In this document: piece after piece, positions 46,988 through 56,650 of the stretch | Layout of the letters: the number at the start of each line of letters is the position of its first letter | Position numbering within the stretch: the stretch's first letter is position 1 | Virus record (IMG/VR): IMGVR_UViG_3300023106_000010 | Location: 1 to 64,000 of that record | Origin: a virus | Strand: one strand, 5' to 3' | DNA: 64,000 nucleotides | Position numbers and translations under genes: made by a program | Notes under the pieces: model-generated | Seen by the model: the letters and a program-made list of their open reading frames with translations, nothing else | Told to the model about the DNA's origin: nothing | The model's database searches: none

Positions 46988-48046
46988 CTAAAAAGGCGAA
47001 TCTTCGAGGTCACTGTCGTCCACAGGAGCTTGTGGCTTCTTAGGTGCAACAGCTTTAACAACCTTTGGAGTCTCAACAGCAGCCTCGCCATCTTCAGGCT
47101 TCCCATTAGGGAACTTGGTGCGAATCTCAATCAAGTCTTTGTCCGATTCTTGAATCTTCGACAGAATCTCTTTAGCCTTGTTGATGATTTCTTTCTCACC
47201 ATCTTCACCGTTACGTTCTACAACCGCAGCTTGCATCTTACTACCTTGGTACTCTTCAGCCAATACGATTTTCCGTACGTCAGCCATTCGCAGCAAGTCA
47301 AACTTAGCTACACCACCCAGTTCTTCTTTCTCTTCCAGAATATCGTCATCATCGAAGTTGACAGACAGTGCTTTAATCAGAGCCTCTGGTGGAGTCATGC
47401 TCTTGAGCAAGGGGACAGGACTCTTAAGTTTCGTATTCACATACGTCTTATCATCCTTCTTTTCAACTTTGACATTGACATCAAACATGAATGGCTTGCC
47501 GACCAGTTGACCGATATCATTCAGCTTAGGGTTTTTATACTCTGGGCTAAAGATTACTTCACCAACCTTCTTGCCGTCCTCATACTTCACAACGTTAGCA
47601 ATCTTGTAGAACTGCGACGTGGAAGCCAGTACCCAAGCTCGCCCTTTGATGTACGCATTGGTCTTTGGGTCACGAGGTGCAACAGTGGTAAAGTTCAGAC
47701 CATCAGACATGCCGCGATTGACAGGGTGCAGCGGCAGACGAATATTCTTGACTCCAATATCACCTTCATAGTCGTGAGTTTGGTCCAGCAGGTCAACGTA
47801 GCAAGCAATCTTCTGCTCCACAGCGTCAGGCTTAGGCCAGATGATTTTATCATTACCCTCTTCGTCTTGCTCCCGATCACCAGAGTTAGTCTTAGCAAAC
47901 TTAGGCTGCTTCTTATGACTGCCCAAGTCAACCAGCAGTCCAATCTGCACAGCTTGCAAACCGTCTTCTGGAATGATTGGTACAAATTCCTTCTGCTCAC
48001 CAGCAGTGGTATTACGTTCAGGTGCATTAATATTGCGTGGCTTCAT
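46988..48046 (-). CDS. probable single-stranded DNA-binding protein
   Basis: LVDLG.H OB-type motif; acidic C-tail ending DSPF; terminator at 46943-46973. Confidence 0.65.
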   Translation of the reverse strand: MKPRNINAPERNTTAGEQKEFVPIIPEDGLQAVQIGLLVDLGSHKKQPKFAKTNSGDREQDEEGNDKIIWPKPDAVEQKIACYVDLLDQTHDYEGDIGVKNIRLPLHPVNRGMSDGLNFTTVAPRDPKTNAYIKGRAWVLASTSQFYKIANVVKYEDGKKVGEVIFSPEYKNPKLNDIGQLVGKPFMFDVNVKVEKKDDKTYVNTKLKSPVPLLKSMTPPEALIKALSVNFDDDDILEEKEELGGVAKFDLLRMADVRKIVLAEEYQGSKMQAAVVERNGEDGEKEIINKAKEILSKIQESDKDLIEIRTKFPNGKPEDGEAAVETPKVVKAVAPKKPQAPVDDSDLEDSPF

Positions 48047-48109
48047 TTGTTTCCTTTAGTTTATTTACGTGCTAAGTCAGCACAGACGTTTGTTGATACA
48101 CAACAATTA

Positions 48110-48186
48110 TGGAACCACCGGAGGAAATCGAATCCCCTTAAAGTCCGTGTAGAAAACGGATGCATAGTCCAGTCTGCCACGGTGGT
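48110..48186 (-). tRNA. trnR: tRNA-Arg(UCU)
   Basis: Reverse complement: ACCACCG/CGGTGGT acceptor, TCCGT-TTTCTAC-ACGGA anticodon arm, GGGGA-TTCGATT-TCCTC T arm, TCCA. Confidence 0.85.
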
Positions 48187-48193
48187 ATTGTTA

Positions 48194-48270
48194 GTGCCTC
48201 TATGTGACCAAGAGGACTTTACCGGAGACTTGTCACGGCTTCGTAAGGCATCGCCCATACTACGTCACAG
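48194..48270 (-). ncRNA. candidate pseudoknotted RNA at the 5' end of the tRNA-Arg/SSB transcript
   Basis: UGUGAC/GUCACA, CGUAG/UUACG, GCCG/CGGU and a crossing CCUCU/AGAGG helix. Confidence 0.5.
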
Positions 48271-48277
48271 AACAGTT

Positions 48278-48306
48278 ATTATACAGATTCTTCTAACAAT
48301 TGTCAA
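48278..48306 (-). promoter_or_regulatory. consensus sigma70 promoter
   Basis: TTGACA-N17-TATAAT on the minus strand. Confidence 0.88.
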
Positions 48307-48629
48307 GCTTTATTTATTCTCAGTAATCGCATACAGAACAATTGCAATTAGCCCAAGCCACATAAGTGTTTCGACAATGATGTTCATTAGTTCTTCTCCA
48401 CAGTGATGATACTAAAACCTCTGTCCTTCAGAATCTTACGAGCATTGCGCAAGGACTCAGCGAATTCTTCAGCTTGCTCTTTTGTCAGGAAGAACTCTGA
48501 CTCGTCTTGTAAATCTGCCAAGCTGCTAAGTTTCCTTGCACTGACCCAATTCACTCGATAAGAGTCAAAGACAACAATCTCTTTAGTGTTGTTAGTCTCT
48601 GGCACAGCTTTCTTTTTAAAGAAGATCAT

Positions 48630-48839
48630 TTAGTCTCCCTTGCTGAACCAGCGTCGGATAACATATTGTCGTCCCAAGCTGATGAATGTGTAGATAATAC
48701 CAATAATGATGTTGTCATGAATTGACACGTTATACCCAAACATAGGGAACACAACAATATTAGCAATGAAGTTAATGCTGTAGCCAACAGCAATGTTAAT
48801 CCAAGCCTCTTGCCAACTACGCTTCTTACTTTGTGCCAT
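48630..48839 (-). CDS. small 2-TM phage membrane protein
   Basis: QSKKRS..EA..N..VGY...R.Y.IRRWF family motif. Confidence 0.7.
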   Translation of the reverse strand: MAQSKKRSWQEAWINIAVGYSINFIANIVVFPMFGYNVSIHDNIIIGIIYTFISLGRQYVIRRWFSKGD

Positions 48840-49284
48840 CTTGGTCTTTCAGGTAGTAGTGCTTTGGTTGCTTGTCAGAATGTAGTTCGTGCAAACTTTT
48901 CACAATCGGTGAGAGCTTTGCAATCTCTTCTTGATAGCCTTTAAACTGTGGTCGGTCATCTACGAGAGTTCCAGCAGCACGAGCACACAACAGGATATCA
49001 ACATTTGCCAGAATAGCGCCAAAGTGAGGCACACCATCAGCGCTGTCAACTTCCTCGCCGCTCATCCACTTGTCAAGATGTCGTCGGATAGCGTCAACGT
49101 AGATAGAAGCGATTACAGGCGTTGCTACAAAATTGGACAGACCGTACTTCAGCTTACCGTTCAGCTTGCCCAATGAGCCGTACGCTGTGCCTAATGGGCT
49201 GAACAGCGACAAAGGAATACTTGACTGCCCATGGATTTGTTTAGGATTAGTTTTAGATGTGTCTTCAACCAGTTTTCCACCCAT
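48826..49284 (-). CDS. DUF5664-type dATP/dGTP diphosphohydrolase domain protein
   Basis: TNPK, G..KYG..N, Y.DA..RH...W..GE..D...G..H. Confidence 0.8.
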   Translation of the reverse strand: MGGKLVEDTSKTNPKQIHGQSSIPLSLFSPLGTAYGSLGKLNGKLKYGLSNFVATPVIASIYVDAIRRHLDKWMSGEEVDSADGVPHFGAILANVDILLCARAAGTLVDDRPQFKGYQEEIAKLSPIVKSLHELHSDKQPKHYYLKDQDGTK

Positions 49285-50890
49285 ATAATCAATCTCCCTT
49301 GAAAGGCTTGTACAAAGTGTTACGAGTCTCAAACTCACCAGTTTCTTCGTCAAATGCCACAATAGCACTCGTGTAGACAACTGGAAAGTCGTTCAAATAT
49401 GCCGCAGGATGATCCACAGTAGTAATTGTCACGCTCTTGCCAATTTCAAAATCGTTCCACCTAGCAGTGTAATGCACAACAGGCTTCACACGTTCTTTGT
49501 TCGTTGTCACATCTGAGTAGTAAGCTAGTTCATTATTGTATTCCACTTGATTCTCCTTAAATTAAGCTCTCCTGAGCTAATGTGAACATCTTATAGACAA
49601 TTCTTACTGCTGTCAAGACAATTCTCAATCAATGCCAATTTCCTTGCACATCCAATCCAAACTCTTCAGAACGCCCCTTCGTTGTGTGTAGATGTCGTGC
49701 GAGGAGAAGTGAGAAATTCCTTGCTCGTTTAGCCAGTCCAGCAAAGTAAAGGCACGATATTCTCGTATCTCGTAAGCTTCATCTTCACAAGGAAGCATAA
49801 CACACTTTGGTAAACGTGCAGGAACTTTGTAGGCTTTGGGAAGCTTGATTCGTATCTTTGCACGTTCTCCCCTGTTGTCGGTACGAGGAGGTTCATTCAC
49901 AAGAAGGTCAATACAGATTTGTACAATTGGTAACCAAGGAGCTTTCTTGGGGATTGTCCATGTTTTAGGTTTTGTCATAGGCTGTAAGTTTTGCTGTCAA
50001 GTCTGCTAACCTAGAATAATATTCCCTGTCATCAATTTTCTCAGCTTCCCACAAATCTGTCAATACTGATATAGCATCCCTGTAATCTTGGTAGTGCATC
50101 ATTGTTTGCTCTCCTTCTCTGCAAGCCATTGCTCATGCAAAGCGTCTAGTTCGTTTTCCAATTCATCCTCAGTCATGTCATATGTGCGATAGATTTCTAG
50201 GAGTTCTTTTTCTCGTGTGTTGTATTCTTCAAGAGTCATTGTTCCTCCTCCACCAATTTAACATCACTCAAATCTTCTGGCAGATAAGCTACATCATCCA
50301 TCCAGTCATAATCTGGTTCAGGACACTCTACAAAATATCCAAGTTGCTTCAGAAGTTCTCTCGGATTGATTCGATGGTCTTGTACGACAAGCTTACCATC
50401 AATGTAGATGCCTATCCAATCGTCTCCGTTGTCGATGATAGTTGCTGTTTTCATTGTTCTTCCCAATACATTTCCAACTGTCGTAGTTTTTCTCTGTATT
50501 CTTTGTCAGAATACTCATCAGCAGCCCACTTTTCATATAGGTGTTTTAGCTGCCATTCATAGTCGTCTCTTGTCATTGTTCAGTTTCCTCTTGTTGTGTT
50601 CGCCTTGCGGCTGTGAGAAAGGCTTTTGGAATTCGCTGCCATTTATCGCCGTTGTGTACGTAATCACTCTCAGAGCTTTGCTTACAGCAAAATTGCTTTG
50701 TGTTTGTAGCCATTTTCTTCTGCGTCCTCTTCATCGTTTGCATAACCCTCACTTGGATCATCTCCGAAATAAATTATCGAAGGTGATTGTACTTTCTCTG
50801 GAGATTGTCCGTGGTCGCAGTAACCGTAGACGGACAGTTCCAGTTCTGCTTTGGATAGCAGCTTCAGTTGTGCTAGTAGTTCTTTTGCTT

Positions 50891-51661
50891 TCATGTTCCG
50901 TGCCTTTCAGTGTATCCCGCTCCAAGAGCGTTAAGTTCTTCAATCATTTTCTTACGGTGTTCACAAGCCATTTCAAACGCTATTGCATCACCTAATTTAG
51001 CAACAGGGAAGCATTTACATGATTCTGTATTATCGATGTTTCTCCAAACCGCAACATAATAATAGTAAGGATCACCTTTTCTATCTGTATTGGTTTGATA
51101 CTTTACACCAGACACTCCTGTTGAATTGTTAATATTCTTCTTTGCGTTTCTGGCATTAATTACTCTTGGTACAAGTCTAAGATTCTCAATTTTATTGTTT
51201 GTTCCATCTCCATCGATATGGTCAATAAACAAATCAGAATCAATTTCTCCATGAAATAAAACCCACACCACACGGTGAGCACTGCTCTTTAAACCATCAA
51301 TATTAATCTTCCAATATCCTCCGTGACAACTTCCAACCACATCTCCGGGATAACATTGCACCTTTAAATTATCCTTACCAGAGTATCGAAACACTTTCCA
51401 TCTCAGACCACTAGGACTTGTTTCGTCATACTCTACAATTTCTGACAAATGATTATACTTAACATTCTCCCTACGGATATTCACTTCTGGGTTAACGAAC
51501 TGACCCTTTCTTAGTTTTCCACCCGTAGTCTGTACTTCTGTTGAAAAGTTATCAAAAACTATAGTGATATCGGAATACAGATTGTATTTTGTTACAGTAC
51601 ACCAACCACAATTATTTGACAGAAATCTATCACCTACTTTAATATTTGGTTTCATGCTCAT
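50891..51661 (-). CDS. HNH homing endonuclease with AP2-like C-terminus
   Basis: HRVVW...IDHIDGDGTNNKIENLR; paralog of 36330-36950. Confidence 0.85.
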   Translation of the reverse strand: MSMKPNIKVGDRFLSNNCGWCTVTKYNLYSDITIVFDNFSTEVQTTGGKLRKGQFVNPEVNIRRENVKYNHLSEIVEYDETSPSGLRWKVFRYSGKDNLKVQCYPGDVVGSCHGGYWKINIDGLKSSAHRVVWVLFHGEIDSDLFIDHIDGDGTNNKIENLRLVPRVINARNAKKNINNSTGVSGVKYQTNTDRKGDPYYYYVAVWRNIDNTESCKCFPVAKLGDAIAFEMACEHRKKMIEELNALGAGYTERHGT

Positions 51662-51909
51662 TCAAATGACTCCAATTTCTTCAGAAGTCGAATCTTGGCT
51701 GCACGTTTACGAGCTTCAATAATCTTTTCTACAATTTCTGTGTGACCTTTGTTTTTATGATAGGTCAACATTTGACTTACAGACTGACTTGTGACAGTTA
51801 ACACATGTTCAACAACTTCTTCTACACTTGCTTCTGAATATTTCATGGACAATATCTCTGGTTAAAGAAACATTATACCATGAACTATATGATTTGTCAA
51901 GCTGTTTAT

Positions 51910-53982
51910 TTATACAGTAGTCAGAACTAACTTCTCAGCTTCGGCTACGTAGTAGTCATAATCAATGTCACCAACAAAGTCTTCAATGTTATTACAAGTC
52001 TTTACCATGTATTCAATGTCGATGCCAAAGCGGCGTTCCTCACCACCTTCTTCAGTTGGAGGCATGATCTTCACAAGCTTTCCACCAGTCTTGCATGGAT
52101 AGTAGCGGCAAATGTTCTGTTGAAGTGTCTCATTTTCTTCCGCATCAATAATCACCAAACGACTACTGCGCGGAACCTTCGTTCGCAACATGAAGTCAAA
52201 CTTCTCTTTGTGAGCCATAATAAATTCACGCACATCCGTTCCAAACAGCATCTTCGCTTCTGCTGCCATTGGAATGACCAGTGAAGAGTGGTTCTTGTGC
52301 CAACCTAAATCTTTGTACTCGTAAGCACCTTTGTTCTTCAGCTTACCATTTGTGTAGTGCGCAATATAATTATTCACGTCTCGGATATACATTGCTTTGT
52401 ACTCAGCATACTCCAAATCAAGCTTAACCTGTTTCTGCCAGTCTGCACAAATCTGATTGTATTGCTCACGAGAAGTACGTTTCATCTTCACAGTGATGCC
52501 ATCGGTGTTGACTTGAATAATCTGCAAACCTTCAATGTCCATCAATTTCTCGGCTAACAGGCACAATGAAAGCTGACCATTGATCGTGATCTTCATAGTG
52601 TATGCAGAGTCGTAGAACACACTAAACTGATTGTTGCTATCGCCGTACACACCGTTCAGAGCTAGCTTCAGCATTGCATTCTCAGCAGATGCCTTTGGAT
52701 AGCTTTTACGCTGTTCATAAACGTCCTTGTAAATCTCACAGAACTTCTTGCTCAAGTGTTCTGGATAGACATTGTTGCTGATAGCAATGTTTGGATACAT
52801 TGAGGAAACGTCAGCATCAATTACTTCGTGCTCATCATCCTCTCGTACAATGGTTGTGGACAAGCTACCATGAATCCCACCTACACCGAAGTCAAAGCGG
52901 AAACCATTAATAACTACGTTCAGAGTTTCGGCAATCTTCCACTTGAAATAATATGAGTGCTGGAATTCGCCTTTCTTCTTTGCTTTCAGTTGAACCTTGT
53001 CAACCCAGCCACATGGATGTTCTCGTTTGAATTCATCATACTGAGCACGAGTCGGTTCACCTGTCTTACACTTCTCTTTCTTGACAATCATCTCAGCGTA
53101 TAGTGCAACGTCACCAAGTTTGTGTTCTTCGATATCTGTGAATACACCTTTGGTTTCTTTGATAACCTGCTTAGCCAACCATTGATGAACTGCGATAAAC
53201 TCAGGGCGTTTGAAGTCGTAATAATCAAACAAACAATCTCGAATCTTGATATACGGACGAATAGTTTGAATCAATTTCTTCTGACGACCAACCATCTTGT
53301 GTGTTTTGATACCAGCTTCTTGTAATCGCATCGTGAAGAAGTCTTTGCCGATCTTCGTATCATTGTGATTCATGAAGTCTCGGTTATACTTCTCCGTCAG
53401 TTGAGTTCGGAAGTCCACCATCGGCTTGCTATGATGATAGAAGTTGTTTGTACAATAAACGTCATGTCCATTGTACTTCACAAGCACATCAATCTGTTCG
53501 TGTGACAACTCCATACCAACAGGAAAAGGCAAATCCTCAATGTTAGGTTCACGCATATTAAACTCAAGCATCTTTAGACTTGTCATCTTCGCTTTGTTGT
53601 CGAAGTGATGAATCTTGAACAGATCAACCTGCTTCACATATTCTTCTTCAGCAGGAACAGTGTGTGCAAACCCGCCCTCTTTGACAGACGCAATTTGTTC
53701 CATTGCCCAACCATAAATCATTCGTGCGAGTTCTTCACCGTCTTTAGGAAGACGATTGCGATTCTCAATGATCTTGTGTAATACAGGGTAATCAAATCCT
53801 TTATTGTTGAATCCTACCATTCGATCACCCTGCTTCTTGAGATAATCTACACAAGCAAGTACCCGATGGATTTCGTTCTTACGACCACTTACTTCAAAGG
53901 TGTTAGGAAACTTTCCATCTGTACGAACAATACAGAAAGTAAAGCAGTTAGGGTAAGTCTCGCAGTCAAACGTCCAATCCAT
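51910..53982 (-). CDS. DNA polymerase, family B, with 3'-5' exonuclease
   Basis: DCETY, FNNKGFD, DVSSMYP, KLALNGVYG, NTDG. Confidence 0.93.
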   Translation of the reverse strand: MDWTFDCETYPNCFTFCIVRTDGKFPNTFEVSGRKNEIHRVLACVDYLKKQGDRMVGFNNKGFDYPVLHKIIENRNRLPKDGEELARMIYGWAMEQIASVKEGGFAHTVPAEEEYVKQVDLFKIHHFDNKAKMTSLKMLEFNMREPNIEDLPFPVGMELSHEQIDVLVKYNGHDVYCTNNFYHHSKPMVDFRTQLTEKYNRDFMNHNDTKIGKDFFTMRLQEAGIKTHKMVGRQKKLIQTIRPYIKIRDCLFDYYDFKRPEFIAVHQWLAKQVIKETKGVFTDIEEHKLGDVALYAEMIVKKEKCKTGEPTRAQYDEFKREHPCGWVDKVQLKAKKKGEFQHSYYFKWKIAETLNVVINGFRFDFGVGGIHGSLSTTIVREDDEHEVIDADVSSMYPNIAISNNVYPEHLSKKFCEIYKDVYEQRKSYPKASAENAMLKLALNGVYGDSNNQFSVFYDSAYTMKITINGQLSLCLLAEKLMDIEGLQIIQVNTDGITVKMKRTSREQYNQICADWQKQVKLDLEYAEYKAMYIRDVNNYIAHYTNGKLKNKGAYEYKDLGWHKNHSSLVIPMAAEAKMLFGTDVREFIMAHKEKFDFMLRTKVPRSSRLVIIDAEENETLQQNICRYYPCKTGGKLVKIMPPTEEGGEERRFGIDIEYMVKTCNNIEDFVGDIDYDYYVAEAEKLVLTTV

Positions 53983-54553
53983 GTTTCAGACCTTCCACAA
54001 CACGGATACAAACATCAAGGATTTCTTCATCATTCATTTCTCCGCGTAATAAATTCACTTGCCAAATAACAACTCGTGTATTCTCTTTAGTATATCCTTT
54101 TGAAGAGTCTCGTCTGTCGATACTTGGTGCAAAAGGATTCTTTTCATATTTTGGATGCTGTGACAAGTCAAATGGTAGATGTGTTATTTCACAGAACCCG
54201 GATTTGAGTTTATCTTCGATCCAATTAACAGTAAGATCAAATTCTTCGTATTTTACTGCTCTGCGTGTAGCACTTTTGTAAAGTGTTTTTGCTCTACCAC
54301 TGATACTTTTGTAGAAATCAGCGCTTCTCTTTTGGGAAGCTTCTTTGACTTCAGGGTTTTCTTGTCGTTTCTTCTCTCGTTCTTGTCGTTTGTGTTTGTA
54401 TTCAGGATTATCAGAATATCTTTTTCTATTATACTCTAACACACACGCCTTACAAACCGAATTTCTTCGATGATTTCCATCTTCAGATTTTTCGACAACG
54501 TAGAAATCTTCTTCATTTTTCTCTGTATTACACTTGCTGCAAACTTTACTCAT
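53966..54553 (-). CDS. HNH-type homing endonuclease
   Basis: N-terminal CxxC..CxxC; PSIDRRDSSKGYTKEN; own promoter at 54609-54584. Confidence 0.8.
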   Translation of the reverse strand: MSKVCSKCNTEKNEEDFYVVEKSEDGNHRRNSVCKACVLEYNRKRYSDNPEYKHKRQEREKKRQENPEVKEASQKRSADFYKSISGRAKTLYKSATRRAVKYEEFDLTVNWIEDKLKSGFCEITHLPFDLSQHPKYEKNPFAPSIDRRDSSKGYTKENTRVVIWQVNLLRGEMNDEEILDVCIRVVEGLKHGLDV

Positions 54554-54630
54554 AACACACCTTCTATGACGTTGAAAGCAGTATTATATCATAAAGTTGC
54601 AGCCTGTCAAGACTGTACGGATATACAGTA

Positions 54631-56250
54631 TTAATCCGAACTACTCTCAAACAGAATTACTTCCCACGTATCTTCGTCAACACAAAACTCGTCACAATTA
54701 CCAAGATTACTCCAAGGTCGATTCTTCAGAACTGTCAGACGGACAAGTCCTCGTTCTCGATTTGGCAAAATCTGTGGTTCAAGTCCAAGAATGATAAATG
54801 ACAATTGTTCTAGTGCAGCGGAACCGCGTAGAAGCTCTTTATTTACTTTTACCCAGAATGCTTCATCTTCTTTACCTTTTGGAGCTTTAAAGATGTCATC
54901 CGAACGTTTGATGTGTGACACAGCAATAATACAGACATCGTTAGCTGCACAGAATGCTGCCAGTTCTGTCATTACCATGTCAAGCTCTTTACGCTCGTTT
55001 GCAATGTCTGACCCGCTGATGACGACAGAAAGATGGTCCAATATGATGTAACCACACTTCTCAACCAAGTGCATTGTCTTGATCTTGGACATCAGTTCTG
55101 TGATTGGCAGACTACCAAAGTGGTCAAGCATCACCAAACTATCGTTGTCCACAATCTTGTCATAGGCTTCTTTGATTCGCTCACGAGTTGCACAAGACAA
55201 CGGATCATTCTTGAACTTATTATAGTTCACTTTCAGTTCACCCGCAACCATTCGTTGCAAGGTTTCTACCTTATTTTCCTCAAGGTAAATCATACCAACT
55301 TTTTCACCAGCTTTCAAGAAGCCGGATGCAAAGATGGATGTCACAGTCGATTTGCCCACACCAGATGGGCTTGTCACAAGAACAAGCTCTCCCTTGCGGA
55401 AACCATGAATCTTCTTCATGAGCTTAGGGAATTCATTGATGTACAAACCTTCTTCACGAGGTGCAATCAATTCTTCAAAACTAATATCAGAAGCCTTGAT
55501 AATCTTCTCAGCACTATAAGGACGCTTGTTGAATTGCACCAACTTTGCCAGATCGTCAGACTTACCAGCTTGAAGCATGTCCGAAGCATCTTTAAACTCA
55601 TCAGGAGCCGTCACAACGAACAGACTCAGTGGTGTACCAATCAGTGCACCAGCGACTGCTTCACGAGCTTCATGGCCCTTCATAATCCCTTTTTGACGTT
55701 CCGCTGGAGTGCAGTAATCGTCATCGAAGAAGATGCAGAGGGAATCAAAGTTCTGGATAAAGGATTCATTGTGTAGAGTTGCCTCTACAGCATTAGCAGT
55801 TCCAAGTGGAATACTAACAACAAAAGGTTCCATGCCATCAAACTTGGTCCCTTTAACTTGGTCTTTCATAGACTGAAATACGCTCAGACAGTCAAGCTGA
55901 CCCTCTGTGTAGACAAGCGCATTCTTTTTTCGTTGAATCGATTCAGCAACATCCTGTCCAAATAGGCGGTTGCTGATATTAACAGAACCAACACTCGTCC
56001 AATGATACTTCTCAGACTTGTCTCTCGTCAAGTCCATTTTGGAGAACCCGACTACTTTTCCTTTTTGATTATACGAAGGGAAATAGAGTGCTTCCAGATT
56101 ACCGTTGTTCACATAACCACGTACGCCAAATCGTTCACAGGTTTCTTTTCGGATATTACGCTGTGGAATATCAACGAACGGATATTTACCAATATCTTTT
56201 AGAGTTTCTTTTGGTACAAACTCGCTACCGCTTTCATTATCATCACTCAT
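54631..56250 (-). CDS. primase-helicase (T7 gp4-like), lacking an N-terminal Zn-binding domain
   Basis: TOPRIM EGQLD and FDDD, KDASD, SPSGVGKST, YLEE, LDHLS, LRGS, KNR; ATG at 56250 with AAGGAG RBS. Confidence 0.92.
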   Translation of the reverse strand: MSDDNESGSEFVPKETLKDIGKYPFVDIPQRNIRKETCERFGVRGYVNNGNLEALYFPSYNQKGKVVGFSKMDLTRDKSEKYHWTSVGSVNISNRLFGQDVAESIQRKKNALVYTEGQLDCLSVFQSMKDQVKGTKFDGMEPFVVSIPLGTANAVEATLHNESFIQNFDSLCIFFDDDYCTPAERQKGIMKGHEAREAVAGALIGTPLSLFVVTAPDEFKDASDMLQAGKSDDLAKLVQFNKRPYSAEKIIKASDISFEELIAPREEGLYINEFPKLMKKIHGFRKGELVLVTSPSGVGKSTVTSIFASGFLKAGEKVGMIYLEENKVETLQRMVAGELKVNYNKFKNDPLSCATRERIKEAYDKIVDNDSLVMLDHFGSLPITELMSKIKTMHLVEKCGYIILDHLSVVISGSDIANERKELDMVMTELAAFCAANDVCIIAVSHIKRSDDIFKAPKGKEDEAFWVKVNKELLRGSAALEQLSFIILGLEPQILPNRERGLVRLTVLKNRPWSNLGNCDEFCVDEDTWEVILFESSSD

Positions 56251-56650
56251 TCTGCTCCTTTTTTCGTAGCCCAATTAACCCTCCGCATCCATCCCAAAAT
56301 TCAACTCCCAACTACCTGTCTCATCCTGAAGATACATATCCTCATTACAAAACTTGTCATTCGGATTATAAGGATTATCCCAAACAATGAGATTCTCATT
56401 CCCAGCATCAAGCATCACACCATGCTCCTCGCACAATGCTTCCAAGGCAGCTTTGAAGTTGTCGAATTTAGTTGTCATTCTCTCACCAAGTTTGTTGAGG
56501 CATTCAAGCATGCTGCCAACTCATAAAACTGCTGAGCAACATCTTCCATGGTAGTGTGCTTATCCACGTAAGCTAATTCTGACTTAACGCCTTGTCGCGA
56601 CACGTAGAACACCTCAACACTCTGGTCATCATATTTGATAATAATTTCAC

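Noticed and set aside
48110-48186. Amber suppressor tRNA (CTA appears in the loop) and a recoded genome
   Set aside because: The 7-nt loop TTTCTAC centres on TCT (Arg); long genes are intact under the standard code and several end in TAG
48047-48270. 65-aa ORF at 48061-48258
   Set aside because: It overlaps tRNA-Arg and the structured leader and has no RBS
46985-48406. 473-aa + strand ORF and other long antisense ORFs (e.g. 44360-45010, 55033-55776, 17634-18281)
   Set aside because: They shadow well-supported genes on the opposite strand, have no motifs or RBS, and one crosses a tRNA
51910-53982. Intein in the polymerase, nrdA, terL or helicase
   Set aside because: Lengths are normal and no C...HN splice motifs are present; the Lys-rich insert in the polymerase is short
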